From Camelus dromedarius (Eukaryota): a DNA stretch of 64,000 bases. Where the stretch lies: NCBI RefSeq assembly GCF_036321535.1, contig NC_087437.1, positions 992,001 through 1,056,000 on the forward strand. Direction: 5' to 3'. Below the pieces are notes generated by a model. It was not told the DNA's origin and ran no database searches. It saw only the letters and a list, made by a program, of their open reading frames with translations. The position numbers were made by a program, and so were the translations under genes. This document shows, piece after piece, positions 22,612 through 35,889 of this stretch (positions are counted from its first letter, which is position 1; the number at the start of each line of letters is the position of its first letter).

Positions 22612-24180
22612 CTTTTTTCTTAAAACAGCTTTGAGGTATACTTGGCAAAGTAATTTTCACACGTATAAAGTGTACAGCTAATAAGTTTTGACATAAGTAT
22701 ATCCCCAAGAAACCATGACCACATTCAAGAGAGTGAACATACCCATCACCCACAAAGCTTCTCTCCTGCCATTTGTTGTCCCTCCCTCCCTCCCAATCTC
22801 TTCCCCTGGAAACCATTGATCTGCTTTCCATCACAACATATTGGTCTGCATTTTCAACATTGTTGTATGAATGGATTCATGCAGTATCTACTCTATGTTG
22901 TCTGACTTCTTTCATTCAGTGTAATTATTTTGAGAGTCATCTGTGTTGCTGTATTAATAGCTTTTTTGTCTTATAGCAGAGTATTGTTTTGTGCTGAGTT
23001 TTTACTGAATAGTTTGTTGTGAGCAGTGTTTGGATAGACCATCATTTGTTTCTCCATTTACTTCTTGATGGATGCATGGGTTATTTACAACTTGAGCTAT
23101 TATAAATAAAATTGCAGTGAATATTTGGTTACAAGTCTTTATAAGGACATATGCTTTTCTTTTCTAAAGCACCAGATGAGGAATATCTGGGTTATATGGT
23201 AGATAGGTATTTACCTTTTTTAAAGAAACTGTAAAAGACTGTTTCAAAATGGTTGTACTATTGTAAATTCCTTGTGGTGTGTATCAGCTCTGCTTGCTCT
23301 ACTTCCTTACCAGCACTTTGTAAGGTCGGTCTTTCTAATCGTATTCATTCTTGTATGTATGTGTACTAGTATCTCACTGTGGTTTTTGAAAGCATTTCTC
23401 TAATGACTAATGGCATCTTTAATCAGCATCTTTTCATATGCTTATTATCCATCTGGATATCTTTACTGAAGTGTGTTTTCTGGTCTCATTCATTCATTCA
23501 GGTGTTTGCATTATTATTGAGTTTTGAGACCTCTTTATTCTGGATCAGATACAAAGAGAGACCTTTATCAGATATATGATCTGCAAATAGCTTCTGTCTA
23601 TGGCTTGTCTTTTCATTTGCTTAGCAGTGTTTAGAACAAATTTTAAGAGTCTTCATTTTGATAAAGTTCACTCTATCAGTTTCTTTTTAAAATAGATTAT
23701 ACTTTTGGTGTCATAGCAAAGAAATATTTGCCAAACCCAAGGTTATAAAGATTAAGCCTATGCTTTTTCTCCTAGCTGTTTTGTAGTTTTAGATTTCCTA
23801 TTAAGATCTATGATCCATTGTGAGTTAATTTTTGTATATTTTGTGAGGTGTGGATCAAAGTTCATTTTTTTTTTTGCATATCACTCTCTAATTCTTCCAG
23901 CACCACTTGTTGAAAAGATCCTTTCTCCACTGCATCCTTTTTGAGAATCAATTGTCTATATAAGTGTTGGTTTAGTTCTGAACATTCTATTCTGCTCCAT
24001 TATTCTATTTTCCTGTTTTACACCAACACCATACTTTCTGATTACTGTAGTTTAAAAAAAAAAAAAAGCTGAAAATCAGATAGTGCAAGTCTTCCAACTT
24101 TGTTTTTCTTGTTCAAAATTGTTTTGGATATTTGGGATCCTTTGAATTTTTATATGAAATTTAGAATCAGTTTTAAAATT
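22612..24180 (-). mobile_element. old L1M (3'UTR and ORF2 3' end)
   Basis: Characteristic antisense L1 text (gctttgaggtata...; gatctatgatccattgtgagttaatttttgtata; ccagcaccacttgttgaaaag; tcttccaactttgtttttcttgttcaaaattgttttgg). Confidence 0.85.
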
Positions 24181-25548
24181 CCTTACATCCTGTTCTGCCA
24201 AAATTCCACCCATGTCTTTGGCCATCTCCAAAGCCACATTTTTTGAAGAAGTCTCTCTAGATCCCAGGTGAAAGGAATTTCTGTTTCATCTGTGCTCCAA
24301 TCACATTTGATAATATTTGATTACATTTATTCATATTTGGCTGGATGTACTTGTGATCTTTCCTGCCATATAGTAAATCTCTGAAGATTTGGAATCTTGA
24401 CTTGGTTCCCTCTGTCTGCTGAGAAAACTAGTTCTATGCTTTGCAGGACAGCGCCCTGCAGTAAGAGCTATCTGCAAGACACATCTAGCTCATTGCTTGC
24501 ATATCGTCAAGGAATCCTGCAGATTTAGAATTGTTTATTGATTGTTGTCTCCAAGACGGCTCAGCCTTTTTTATTTCTATTGCTACTGCTGCAGTTTCAA
24601 AGGACAATGGGCTAATTATTTTCCAAATATCAAAACATACTGTAATTGAGTTGTGACGCAAATTATGTGCTGCTGTTTCTTAACAACCTGCTTAGTGTTC
24701 ACAGGTACCTTCACTCATGGAACTTTTGGGAGAATGTCATATCCTCAGAGATAGCAATGCTGTCTTTGGCGACCTGAGCGGTAGTATCTGAACTCACTCC
24801 TGCTGTTTTTCCAGTGCCCCCTCTAGCCCTCCTCCAGCCCTCCATGGGGGGCCTGAAGTTCTGCCCTCGAAAATCCTGTTGCTTCTCAGGAAGAATTCCC
24901 TATGAAGCATATTCATGTCCTTCTTGTGGGGACATTCAGTCCAGAGACCTGACAGCAGGGGAAAATGTTTAGACTGCTTTTGGTAGAACGTAAATTCTTC
25001 CATACTTGTTAGAAGCAAATCCAATGAGGAAACTGTGTTGTCATCTAACAAATCAGCATAAATGTCTGATGAGGAAGATCAGCTTCCCCATCCCACTCAG
25101 GCGTCATGTTGATGTGACACTCACCTTGGCTAACATTTTCTCCTGTGAGCAACGTGAAGTTCAAGACGTTATGAATGGCTTTTTGTTTTTCTTCCTTAGT
25201 CTTTCCACATTCACTGTGTCTGGTGAGATTATATGAATCCTGCTTATTTTCAGCCCAGCACTAAGTTTTTAAAAGGATCACGTGTTTAAAAGGCTAGTGG
25301 ACAATTTGTTAGAAGATCAAAATCCTTAGACTTTGGTCCTAGAGTTGAATCTTGGTTACTGGTGAATGAGAATTCCCGTTAAAATTTTAAATTCAGTGAT
25401 ATAAAGTTTTAAAAATAGTTATATATTAGTCAATTTCATTAAACACTATAGCAGTTATTTACATTTAAGCCTGTCTCTGGGGCAATTTTGCAATGATTCC
25501 CTCCCTTTATTGATTCCCTCTTTATCAGAATCCTTGAGAGGTCCCTGT

Positions 25549-25587
25549 CATCATTGTCAGTATCATCATCATCATCACCATCATCAT
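25549..25587 (+). repeat. (ATC)n imperfect microsatellite
   Basis: tcatcatcatcatcaccatcatcat. Confidence 0.8.
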
Positions 25588-26159
25588 GGAACTGATTCCT
25601 CTGGGAGATTCTAGGAAAATAAAGAGCCGGACGGGGTTATGTGAAGGTCAGTGTGTGCATATACAGTAAGAAGAGTTGTCAGACATTAGATTCAAGATAC
25701 CCTTTCCATTTAGAGAAGAATGTGGTCATGAAATCCTGATGTGCTGAATGAAGGAAGTGATGGGAACAGGGTAGTCAATGGAAAGGAGGAGGAAGTGAGT
25801 GAAGCGGGGAGCATAGAGCCTTGGATAGGTGATCAGCACATCAGCACATTGAAAATGAGGGGAGTGTGATGGCAGAATCATGTCCCTCCCCGGCCACAGG
25901 GTAGCCACCTGTGACATGTTACTGTACATGGCAAAATGCATGACAGATATTTTAGGACAAAAATCTTAGAAGATTTCTGTCTTCTAAATTGTCTATCAGT
26001 TAGCGTTTTAAACCCATGATACATTATTAAAGATTAGTGCAGGGGAACAAATAAAAAGGATTCATATAATCCACCAGACATACTGAATGCAGAAAGGCTA
26101 AGGAAGAAAAACAAAAAGTCATTCATAAGTGCCTTGAACCATAAAATGCTCATGAGAGG

Positions 26160-26635
26160 AAATGTTACACAGGTGAGTGTCGCAGCCACATCCATAATGC
26201 CTGAATTGGATGGGACAAGGGGATCCTGAGATGAGACAATAGGGTGAGTAGCCTGGATTGTCCATGTGGGCCGAATGTATTCACAGGGGTCCTTAAAATG
26301 GAGGACATTTCCCAGCTGAGTTTAAAATCAGAGGGAGGTGTAGCCATAGAGCAATGTTCAGAAAGGCTGCTGACCATGAAAATGGAGGAAGTCGTTGGGC
26401 ACAAGCTAAGGAAGGTGGGTGACCTCTGGAAACTGAAAAAAAAAAAAAAACAACAACAAGGGAACATTCTCTTCTAGACCCTCTAGAAGGAAGGAAACCT
26501 GCTGCTACCTTGAATTTAGCACAGTGAGAACTGTGTTGGATCTCTGACCTCCACAGCCATAAGCTGATAAATCTGTGCTGGTTTAAGCTCTTAAGCTTAT
26601 GGAAATTTCTTACATTGGTAAAAGGAAAATAACAT
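26160..26635 (+). mobile_element. MLT1-type MaLR LTR (a 5' piece probably lies at ~25865-25945)
   Basis: tcacaggggtccttaaaa, attctcttctagaccctctagaagg, ataaatctgtgctggtttaagc. Confidence 0.7.
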
Positions 26636-26954
26636 AGTGAGCCGTAGTGTAACGGATTAAAGGTATACGATGGGGTGTGGAGAGGATTCTGACATTTACA
26701 CCTAAAAAACAACCAGGTGAAATGGGAAGGTGTTTTAAGGAAGACTTACCTGGCAGGGCTGTTAAGCAGACTGGAGCGAGGGGAGCATTGGAGTTAGAGG
26801 AATCAATTAAATCTCCACAAGAAAAATAAGGAATAAAATGTAAAAGGGCTTCAGTGATAGTGGATGTAGGAATGGAAATGGGCAGAGAGATATAAATATT
26901 ACTTTGAAATTAGCTACAGGTTTGATGACTGCATGTTGGGGAGACTTAGCCGAT

Positions 26955-27310
26955 GTGTGGACTGAATGTTTGCATCCCCTCAATATCCGTATGTCGAAAC
27001 CCCATCTCCCAGGGTGATGGTATTGCGAGGCGGGGCCTTTGGGAGGTGATTTGTAGGATAAAATGAGGTCATGAGAGTAGAGCCCTCATGAATGGGATTA
27101 GTGTTCTTATACAAGCCCCCAGAGTGCTTGCTTCTCTCTGCTCTCTGGGATATAAACATATTGGGAAGACAGCCATCTTCGAGCTGGCAATCCTCTCAAG
27201 GATACATTGACCTTGAAAGTCTCAGCCTCCAAACCATAAGGAATATGCTGTTTGTTTAAGCCACCCGACACGCGGTAATTTGTTACAGCATCCCAGACTG
27301 ACGAAGACAG
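26955..27310 (+). mobile_element. MLT1A-like MaLR LTR
   Basis: tgtggactgaatgtttg...ggcggggcctttgggaggtgatt...gccctcatgaatgggattagtg...tttaagccaccc...gactgacgaagaca. Confidence 0.8.
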
Positions 27311-28305
27311 TGGAGAATGCCTCTGAGTTTGGCACTGATTGCCTGGAGAATGCTGAAACCCAGGGAAGTGGGCAGCACAGACGTTTACTCATTTAATCCT
27401 GCCAACACAGTAGGAGATAGAGTCCACATATTCCTCGCTACTTAAAAGGTAAGGAAAAAGAGGCACAAATAATAACAACGACAACAAAAACAACAATAAT
27501 TTGTCCAAGATTCACACAGAACCCCCTGGAGGCAGAGTGAGAATTTATACTCAGGCAGGCTGGCCCAAGAGCCCCTGCTCATAACTAATAAGTCAGATCA
27601 CCTTGCTTATGTGGATCAGTTTTTTCAACTGTGATATAAGGATACTGTGTCTAGTAACTTATAATTTCAAAATACATCACTGTAACGGAATCATTAGTCA
27701 CAGGCCTTACAAACCACAGAAACCTACACATACAAAAATAACTCGTTAGGTCAAGATAACCAATAACGTTTTTAAGTATTTTACCTGCTGGGCCTTTGCA
27801 ATAAAATGTCTTTTTATAATTCTGTCTGGCTACAGAATAACTTCATAATCCTGCATGTTGCTGGTGGCTCCCATGTTGGACAGCACGGGCCTAGAGATTT
27901 TAAATTACTTGCCCAGACTCACCCAGGAAGCTCGTGGTGGGATCCTAGCTATAGTCTGGGACTTTTCCTTCCTATCCAACAAGTCCCTCATGGAAGTTTA
28001 GAAGCTTCTCCTTTGGTGCCCAGCTGTCTATCCGTACTTATAACATCTTGTCAGGTGTTCCAGCCTGCTCCTGAACATCAGCCAGAACCCACTTCTGCTC
28101 TATTTTGTCCAGGTAATACCTTCTAGCAACTTCCATTGCCTTCTTGGCATCAGTTCTTACCTGGAAGGGTAGTGGCTAGAGGTGGAAATGTGTCCACATG
28201 ACAGGTTTTTCATAAACATAGCAGGAGTGTTCAAGAGAATAAAACGTCAGGAAGATGAGTAGAAGCAGGTCATTTAATATACCAAATGGGTACTTTCAAT
28301 GTCTG

Positions 28306-28825
28306 TGTTTCCGAGTCCAGGCTTGTTCTGCTCGTGCATTACAGGCCAATAAATCAGGAGACCAGGTTTTGGGGCAAGAAATAGCGACTTTAATTTGGAA
28401 AGCCAGCTGAGAAATGGTAGAATAATGTCCTGAGGAACCATCACCCCAAGTCAGATTTCAGGCTCTTCTTTTATTAAAAATGGGAAGTGGGAATGCTTGG
28501 TTGTTGCAAACTTGGTGTATGAATTCTTTGTTGTTAGAATCCTTTGTTCTTGCAGCTCTTCACCTGGGTCACATCCGTGTAAACCTCCAACAAACAAATG
28601 TTATTTTCTATTCTGTAACTTGTTATCTTTATGTGAATAGAAAAGTGTTAATATCCTTCAAAGTCAGAGCCTTGAGAACAGGTTCTCCTGTATATTTCAG
28701 GCTCTAGGCAACATTGTTTTACAAAAGGTGCAGAACCAACAAGACTAAGCCTAGGAAACAGGGCACAGGGTTAAAGTCAAAGGAACAGATCTAGTATGGA
28801 GTCAGATTTTTTCTTTCCTATTTCA
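28306..28825 (-). mobile_element. ERV solo LTR, copy 1
   Basis: TG...CA bounded; aligns along its length with 62275-62816 (ccgagtcca...acaggccaataaa...aaacagggcacagg.ttaaag.caaaggaacaga). Confidence 0.8.
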
Positions 28826-29475
28826 GTAGTGCCATGGAGAAGGCAGTTTGGGCAGCTTTTCGTAGGGTCCTGGAGGCTTTCTCTCTCAGCCTCTGTGTGC
28901 CTCTGTTGAAAACCCTTCATAGCTATCTAGCCTGCTGGAAAACCACTCCGCCTGTTTTGCCCTGAAGATGTGTTCTGTTTATAACTGATCTCTACTTCTT
29001 GGAAAACAACTCAATAAAAACTCAGTAGGTTTTCCACCAGCCATGGGCAGGGGTGAGGAATAGCACTTTATTATTTTATAAAAAAAAAATAAAAGAAGTC
29101 TTAAAACAGCACTGGGCACATAGGAGAGAGTCAATAAATGCTTCCTGGCTAAAATCAAAATTGATGGCTCAGTGATTCCATGGCTGCTGTATTTGCTGAG
29201 CTTGCTACTCCTTTGCTCCATTACACATTTTTTTTAACTGAAAAAGAAATACATGCATGTGGTTAAAAAATTTCAAACAGAGCACAAAAATACACAAGTG
29301 AAAGAAGTTTTCCCTCATCCTCTCTTCTTTCAGCCCTCCCTGGAGATGCCACTGTTTACAATCCTTTGTGTGTTTTGCAGATATGCTATGCACATTCCGA
29401 CCTATGTATGTAAATTCCTTTAAAGTATTACTTATTTTTAACTTAAAGGGATTTAAAACCTCGTGTCTTCTGCCC

Positions 29476-29960
29476 TGGTAATAGAAAAGAACAAATCTGA
29501 CTCCATATTAGATCTTTTCCTTTGACTGTAACCCTGTGCTCTGTCTCCTAGGCTTCATTTTGCTTGTAAAACAATGTTGCCTAGAGCCTAAAATATACAG
29601 GAGAGCCTATTTTGAATGCTCTGACCTTTAAGGATATTTAACACTTTTCCATTCATATAAAGATAACAAGTTACATAATAGAAAATAACGTTTGTTTTGT
29701 TTGAGGTTTACAGGGATCTGACCCAGGCAGATAGCTGCAAGAACAAAGGATTCTAACAACAAAGAATTCCTACACCAAGAAGATTGCAACAACCAAGCAC
29801 GTAGGAAAGGAGCCTGAATTCTGACTTGGGGAGATGGTTTTCCAGGACATTAGTTTGCCATCTAGGTCTACAGAAAGTTGCTACTCCATGCCCCAACACC
29901 TGGTCTCCCAACTTACTGGCCTGTCCTGCACTAAGGAGAATGAATTTGGACTCAGTAACA
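29476..29960 (+). mobile_element. ERV solo LTR of a related family, opposite orientation
   Basis: Begins gtaatagaaaagaacaaatctgactccatattagatc and ends tttggactcagtaaca, the reverse complement of the termini of copies 1 and 3. Confidence 0.8.
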
Positions 29961-30609
29961 CTCCTATCTTCCTAGCAAGCTGGGCACTGGAATTGAGGGC
30001 AGCTATCCCACACCCAGGGACATACTGTGTGCCCTTGATGGTTCCCCGAGGGTGGGGAGTGGTTTACCCAGGAAGGATGGGGACTAAGCACCAAAACTCA
30101 GGCAGTATGCTCCTTTTGGGATCTGACCTTGTACCTCCCGCTCCCCGCCAACACAACACCTGGGACAGTGGAGGTAAGGCAGACATCTTGCCTGCCTGTG
30201 TCCCAGCATGTAAAAGGGGAATATGTACTCTTTCCAAGGTAGTTCTGAGCGACAACACCTGTGGGTGCTTGGTTCCCAGAGCAAGAGAAACCCAGCTCCA
30301 CTTGGGAGCAACGGGTGTGATCCCCATAGGGGTTCTGCAGAGGCCTTGGGTGGAGGGCTGGACCAGGGAGGTAAAATATGAGCTGCGGGCCTTAAAGGGT
30401 TAGAGAAGTGTGCAGAGGCAGGACTGTTGCCTCCTTCAGGATGCCCCCAGAGTTAAAACTATTTCTCTCCATCTCTGCTACTGTCCTCCACCCTCCAGAT
30501 CCCTGCCTTCTCTCTGTTCCTCCTGTCCATGTCTCTTCCTCCACTTTTCCCCTTCTCCCGTCCTCCTCCCATCTTCTCCGTCCCTTGCTTCCCCACCTTC
30601 TCTCACAGA

Positions 30610-31225
30610 ACTCGGAGAGGATCGCTGGCCCTCCTGCGCATGCGCAGTCTTTGCCAGCTGGAATGAGGGTTGGAAGCTCCAGCTCCGAGCCGGGGATCGG
30701 CCCCAAAGGCTGCTCAGCTCTTTCGCCCGGTAGGACATTTGCTCCTGCCCCGGCGCCCCGGCCACAGCTGTCCAGGGTCAGGTGTGCACCTGCCGTCTCT
30801 CGCCCCAGCCGGGCTCCCCTGTGTCCGTGGCTGGCGTCCCTTTCCCTTCTCCCACCCGCGAGTCCTCTCCTCCCGGGCTGCCTCTCCTCGGCCGCCGGCC
30901 CGTCCCCGCCCCTGGGCGGGCTGTGTCCCGGGCGGGCGGGGTCTGAGGACCCGGACGGGGGCGGGCGGCTGGGGCTGGGGCTGGCCTCCGAGCGGGGCTA
31001 CAGCCCGCGTACCCACCCCCGCTTTCCCTGCCCCGCGACCCCGGGGCTGCCCTCCTCTCCCTTTCCCGCCCCCTGGGGACCAGCTCAGTGGCGTCTGCGC
31101 TGCTCCCCCGGCTGAGTGCCTCCGGCTGTAAACCCCAGCTTCTCCTGGTGGAGTCGGGAAAAGGGAGCGTCAGTGCTGAGCGAGCTTCCGTCTCCTCCCT
31201 CAGTGTTTCTGCCCCAGGTAAGTAC
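30610..31225 (+). promoter_or_regulatory. CpG island with candidate first exon and splice donor
   Basis: Perfect NRF1 palindrome TGCGCATGCGCA at ~30635-30646, GC boxes at 30900-30970 and a consensus donor CAG|GTAAGT with GT at 31218. Confidence 0.7.
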
Positions 31226-32239
31226 CTTGAACCCTTTCACGTGTTATGATGGCGGTGCTTGATGATGTCACTGTTTTTATAGTGAGAGGGATTACAGTGT
31301 TGAAAGCAAGGCTTGGTTCAGTTAAAAATCAGCTGAAGGCATGAGGCTGTGACATCCTCCATCCTTCCCTCTCCCAGGGTGAAACGTGTGACCGTCGATG
31401 TTAAAAAAATAGTTACAGTCCCTAACTAGCCCAATCCAGCTAGGGTTTGTTAACAGGAACAGCACCACCAGAGGCTTTGTAGACTCAGGGACATTGCAGT
31501 CCTAAAGAGCTCCTGGCAAAATTTGGTTTGTTTTGGTTTTTTTGTTCTTCTTAAATTGTGGGGCAGACTAGTTGTATAGAGGGAAAAATAATTGTCAAGA
31601 AATATTTTTTCATTTAACAACTTTATTGTGATATTGTTCACACACCATGAAGTCCACCCACATAAATGCTACAATTCAGCAGCTTTAGCATATTCACAGT
31701 GGTGCAACCATTAATATTCCAGAACGTTTTCATCACTTCAGAAAGACCAGTGGAAATGAATGACCTATCCACACCTTCCCAGTGCTGGTTCTAAAGAAGT
31801 TTCTTGGCTGTTCCTGACCATAAATTATCTTGTTACCCATAAAAAATCTGGTAGGAAATCTAAACAGAATTGTATTGAATCTGTCTATCAAAGCAAGAAG
31901 AATTAATGTCTTTATGGCATAAATTTCTTCTAGCCATGAATATATCTCGGACCCTATAATTTCATATTTCCAGAGCCTGGCCCATGGGAAGTCCTCATTA
32001 ATTGTTGGGTTTGTGAATGATGAGATACATCGTTAGTTGCAACTGAAGCCTTTCACAGAAGAGAAAATAAACTCACTGAAGCCAAGTGACTCTCTGATGG
32101 TCAGAAATAGTGACAGCCAGTGCTGGAGTGATCCAGTGGACTTGGTGTTTGTAACCAGAATTCTCCAGCACCTACAGCTAAGGGGATCAGAGTATTCTTT
32201 TATTTTTTCTAAATGGCGTTGCTTTTATTTTTACTTATT

Positions 32240-32502
32240 TTTTAAAATTATTTTTTATTGAAGTGTAGTCAATTTAGAATGTCAGTTTCAGATGTACAGC
32301 AGAGATTCAGTTATAAACATATGCATATGTATCTACATATGTTTTAGATTGTTTTTAGTACAACTCATTACAAGAAATTGAATATAGTTCCCTGTGCTAT
32401 ATAGTAGGTCCTTGTCATTTATTTTATATTTATTAATGTGTATCTGTTAACCCCCTTTTCCTGCCTGCTAACCACAGTTTGCTTTCTATGTCCATGAGTT
32501 TA
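32240..32502 (-). mobile_element. L1 3' end (lineage-specific type)
   Basis: ttttttattgaagtgtagtc...gattcagttata...attgaatatagttccctgtgctatatagtaggtccttg. Confidence 0.8.
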
Positions 32503-34671
32503 TTTATAGCAGCATCGATTTTCCTAGTAATATATGCTGGTAGGCTGCTTTCAGTTTCAGTAATTCCAACTTATCTGTGGGCATTTTCCTTCTGGTGCGC
32601 CTGTTTGTGTTTTGCACACGTGATATAAGAGTTGTGTATTTGGGAGAACTCCAGGCCTCGTGTAGTGCCTGGTACAGAGCACCCACTGAGCTGATGCTTG
32701 AACTGGGAAAAAAAACATAGTAAATGTTGGAATTTCCACTATGGTTGAGACTTCCAGGTTTCTATAACCGGTTTAGCCCACCTTAATATTGGCTGCACCC
32801 ATACTGTGTAATTTGGTGGAACTTCATGGTATGGTGGTGTAGAGACAGGGCCTTGTATGCTTCTTCTCTTTCCGTTTTCTAAGACTCATTCTCCTGGGCC
32901 TTCCAGATCCTCCCCCAGCAGAGCACAAGGCTGGCTTGGTGCTGCGCTGAGGCAATATTTGTTAATAAGGCCCTTTCCTCATCTCTTCTGAGCCTCCGTT
33001 TCCTTCTCTGCACAATGAAGACTTAGACTAGAAAAGTGCTTTTCAGTTTCTTTTAAGCCATGTTTCCTTTGAGAAACAGAAAATACAAATCTCTCCTCCC
33101 ATTCAACATATACATTTTGACACATCCTCCAAGGAGTGACATAGCTCTTTGTGGAAAATTGAAGTGATTGTGATTCCAGGTGGCACAGAAAAGACTCTTC
33201 AGACATTTACTGCACGGAGAGGGCAGGAAAGGGGCAGTATATCCCACTTTCTAGTGTGAGCACTGGAACAGGGGCTTGGGCTTATATACAGTGTCCGACG
33301 TGGCCTCTCTCTAATCTTTTTTTTTTTTTGCCTCTCTCTAATCTTGCACAATGTGATAAACTTCTCTCCCTCAGTTTCTTAATGCGTCAAGTTGGGGTGA
33401 TAACAATTTAACTCTTTTGTGAAACATTATACACATAAGATATTTGTTTCTCGGTAGAAACAAAACCTGCGGGAGAATCAGGGATTTTTTTTAAAAAAAT
33501 AAAATCTTGTCCACAGCTCTCAGTCTGTGTCTATTTTGAAGTTCCTTGAGGGTGAGGGTTGGGTCTAAAGTCCATCGTGGGACAGGTGGCCCATGGGTCT
33601 GTGTGCCGCAGATGGCCCCCTCCTCCCCAGGCCTCTTCCTCTCAGTCCAGGATGAGGTTCCCTAGTAGATTTACACAGAGATCTTGTGGAAATGGCTTTT
33701 CATTTTATTGTTTCATGAAGAAGGGCTGCCATCATGATCTCTGTGGTCAGGTTTTGGTGACCTGAAGGCTATGCAATTACGTTTTTCTATTTAATAAAAA
33801 GAAAAAATTTACAAGTACAAAATTAGGCCTACGGTGGTGGCAGGGGCTCTTGAAAGTGGGGACCATTAGCTTTGTTAGCTTCAGGTGCAGGGGCCTCTGG
33901 CCATGAGGACACATCATCGTGCTCTGAAGTTGGAGGGACCAGTGGGCTCAGTGGGAATGTTTACTGAGTGTATCTCATGGGCTGGGCATTGACCGATTTG
34001 TACTGTGTGTTCCTTATTTGAGACAATGAGCTCATTTAACCTCAATAGCCTCTTTAATAAATTAGACTTTTTAATTTTGAGATATAATGTAGATTCCCAT
34101 GTAGTTGTAAGAGATAATATGGAGAGGGCCTACGGACTTTTTGCCCAAATTTCTTTAAAGGTTCCATCTTGCAAAGTTGGTATACAATTCAGTAATGACT
34201 CACTAACCCTTTGAGGTTTGTGTTATTGCCCTCATTTCTATTCATGATTAAACTGGGGTTTAGAGGAGCACACAGGCCTGCCCAGGTCACCCATGGTTAG
34301 TGTAGAGTATGGTGAAACTTGGGCTTGGGATTTCCTGGCAGTATCATCATGATTCTCTGTGGCAGGGAGCAGCATTCACATTGCTTGATTATTCATTCAT
34401 TCAACAAGCATTTATTGAGTAAACCCTGTGGGTCAGATGCTATCATAGATTTATCTGATTCTTCAGCAGTATGGAGAATCCGGTAATGTTTCCTTCTTTT
34501 TTTTAATCTGAGAAAATTAGCTCTGAGAGGTTATAAACCCCCCAAAGGAAATATAGCTCATAAATGAGGGATAGTAAATTTGTACAGTTCCTTCTTCTTA
34601 TGCAGGTGGGACCCTAGGCATTTTACATTTGTAAACTTCCATAATCCAGATATATTCTTGTAAGGCAAGGA

Positions 34672-34888
34672 TTTTTTTTTAATTGAAGTATACTCATGTT
34701 TACAATGTTGTGTCAATTGCAAGGTGTTTTTTTTTTCTTGAATTTGGAATTCAAAAAATATTTTTTGAGGGGGGTAAATAGGTTTATTTATTTGTTTCAT
34801 TTTTTTTAAAATGAGGTACTGAGGATTCAACCCAGGACCTCATACATGCTAAGCATGTGCTCTACCACTGAACTGAACCCTCCTCCCC
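34672..34888 (-). mobile_element. tRNA-derived SINE (34760-34888) next to a short L1 3' tail (34672-34720)
   Basis: ggtactgaggattcaacccaggacctcatacatgctaagcatgtgctctaccactgaac; ttttaattgaagtatactcatgtttacaatgttgtg. Confidence 0.8.
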
Positions 34889-35316
34889 AAAGCAAGTTTT
34901 CTTATCAAGTATTCTGCAGCTTAGGAGTTCAAATAAATTGGAGTTGAAATCCAGGTCTTTTGATCCTACTGTGTTTCTTTGCATTATATCCTGCTGAGGG
35001 GTGTGGAAGCAGTTCCTTTATTCATTCCTTTATTCAGCAGTTTTGAGCACTGACTTTGCATCAGGGCCTGGCTAGGTGCTTGGAAACAGAAAACAAGAAA
35101 TGACCCTTTCTGCAGAGGTCGGAAGCCTAGACCAAAAGCTGCGTAATGTGATCCGACCTGCGGTAGCCATGTGCAGATGCTGAGGACAAACTGTACCCCC
35201 GGCTTTGTTTGGGCTCCCCCTGCCTTCTGACTGGTACACACCAGGTCACCGCAACCCAGTGAGGCCCGCAGCCTGCAGCACAGTATGTACCTCGGTCTCC
35301 TCTTCCCTCTCGTCAG

Positions 35317-35889
35317 GGCCTGCAACATGAACATCCCTGACTACGTGCAGTGTGCTTAGGACCACCAGACTCTCCCCGTGGTGGTCCAACCCGTGGGGAT
35401 CATCTCAGAGGAGAATTTCTTTTGCATCTATAAGCGAATCTCCTTGGTGAGGCAGATCATCCCTTGCGGCTCGCAGTGGGCACTCTGTATCCACTACAGT
35501 CACCACTATGCGCCCGAGAATGGGTGGAGAGACTTCGAGACCCACCGCAAGGTCGTGGGCCTTTTCACCATTACCGACTGCCTCTTGGCCAAGACCTTCG
35601 AGAAGCTCCACGTGCAGAGGAGCTGTATGGCACCACGCTCTATGACTCTCGGCTCTTTGTCTTTGTGCTGCATGGGGAGGTTGCCGAGCAGCAGCGCACC
35701 AACGTGGCCTTCAATTTACGAGGACTGCAGGGTGGTGGAGAAGAGGATCGAGGACTTCACTGAGTCTCACTTCATCATGCTCAAGTCCAAGTGGCTGGAC
35801 TGTGCATCCGACAAGACTGGGGACAAGATCCTCCTGCTCTACATCCTGTTTGAGAAGGAGGACTTTGTGGGATTGGACACAGAGAGCAG
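35317..35889 (+). pseudogene. TRAPPC9: TRAPPC9-like orphan first coding exon, disabled
   Basis: Acceptor tcttccctctcgtcag|, ATG at 35327. Reads [37 protein letters not shown]...[17 protein letters not shown]...LYDSRLFVF...[14 protein letters not shown]...DKTGDKI...[10 protein letters not shown], versus TRAPPC9 [38 protein letters not shown]...DFVGLDTDSR. TAG at 35357-35359, frameshifts near 35618 and 35713, and the donor reads GAAAGT. Confidence 0.95.

Noticed and set aside
29834..31131. 189-aa and 235-aa ORFs
   Set aside because: They run through an LTR end, a pyrimidine-rich tract and a CpG island, are low in complexity and show no recognisable homology.
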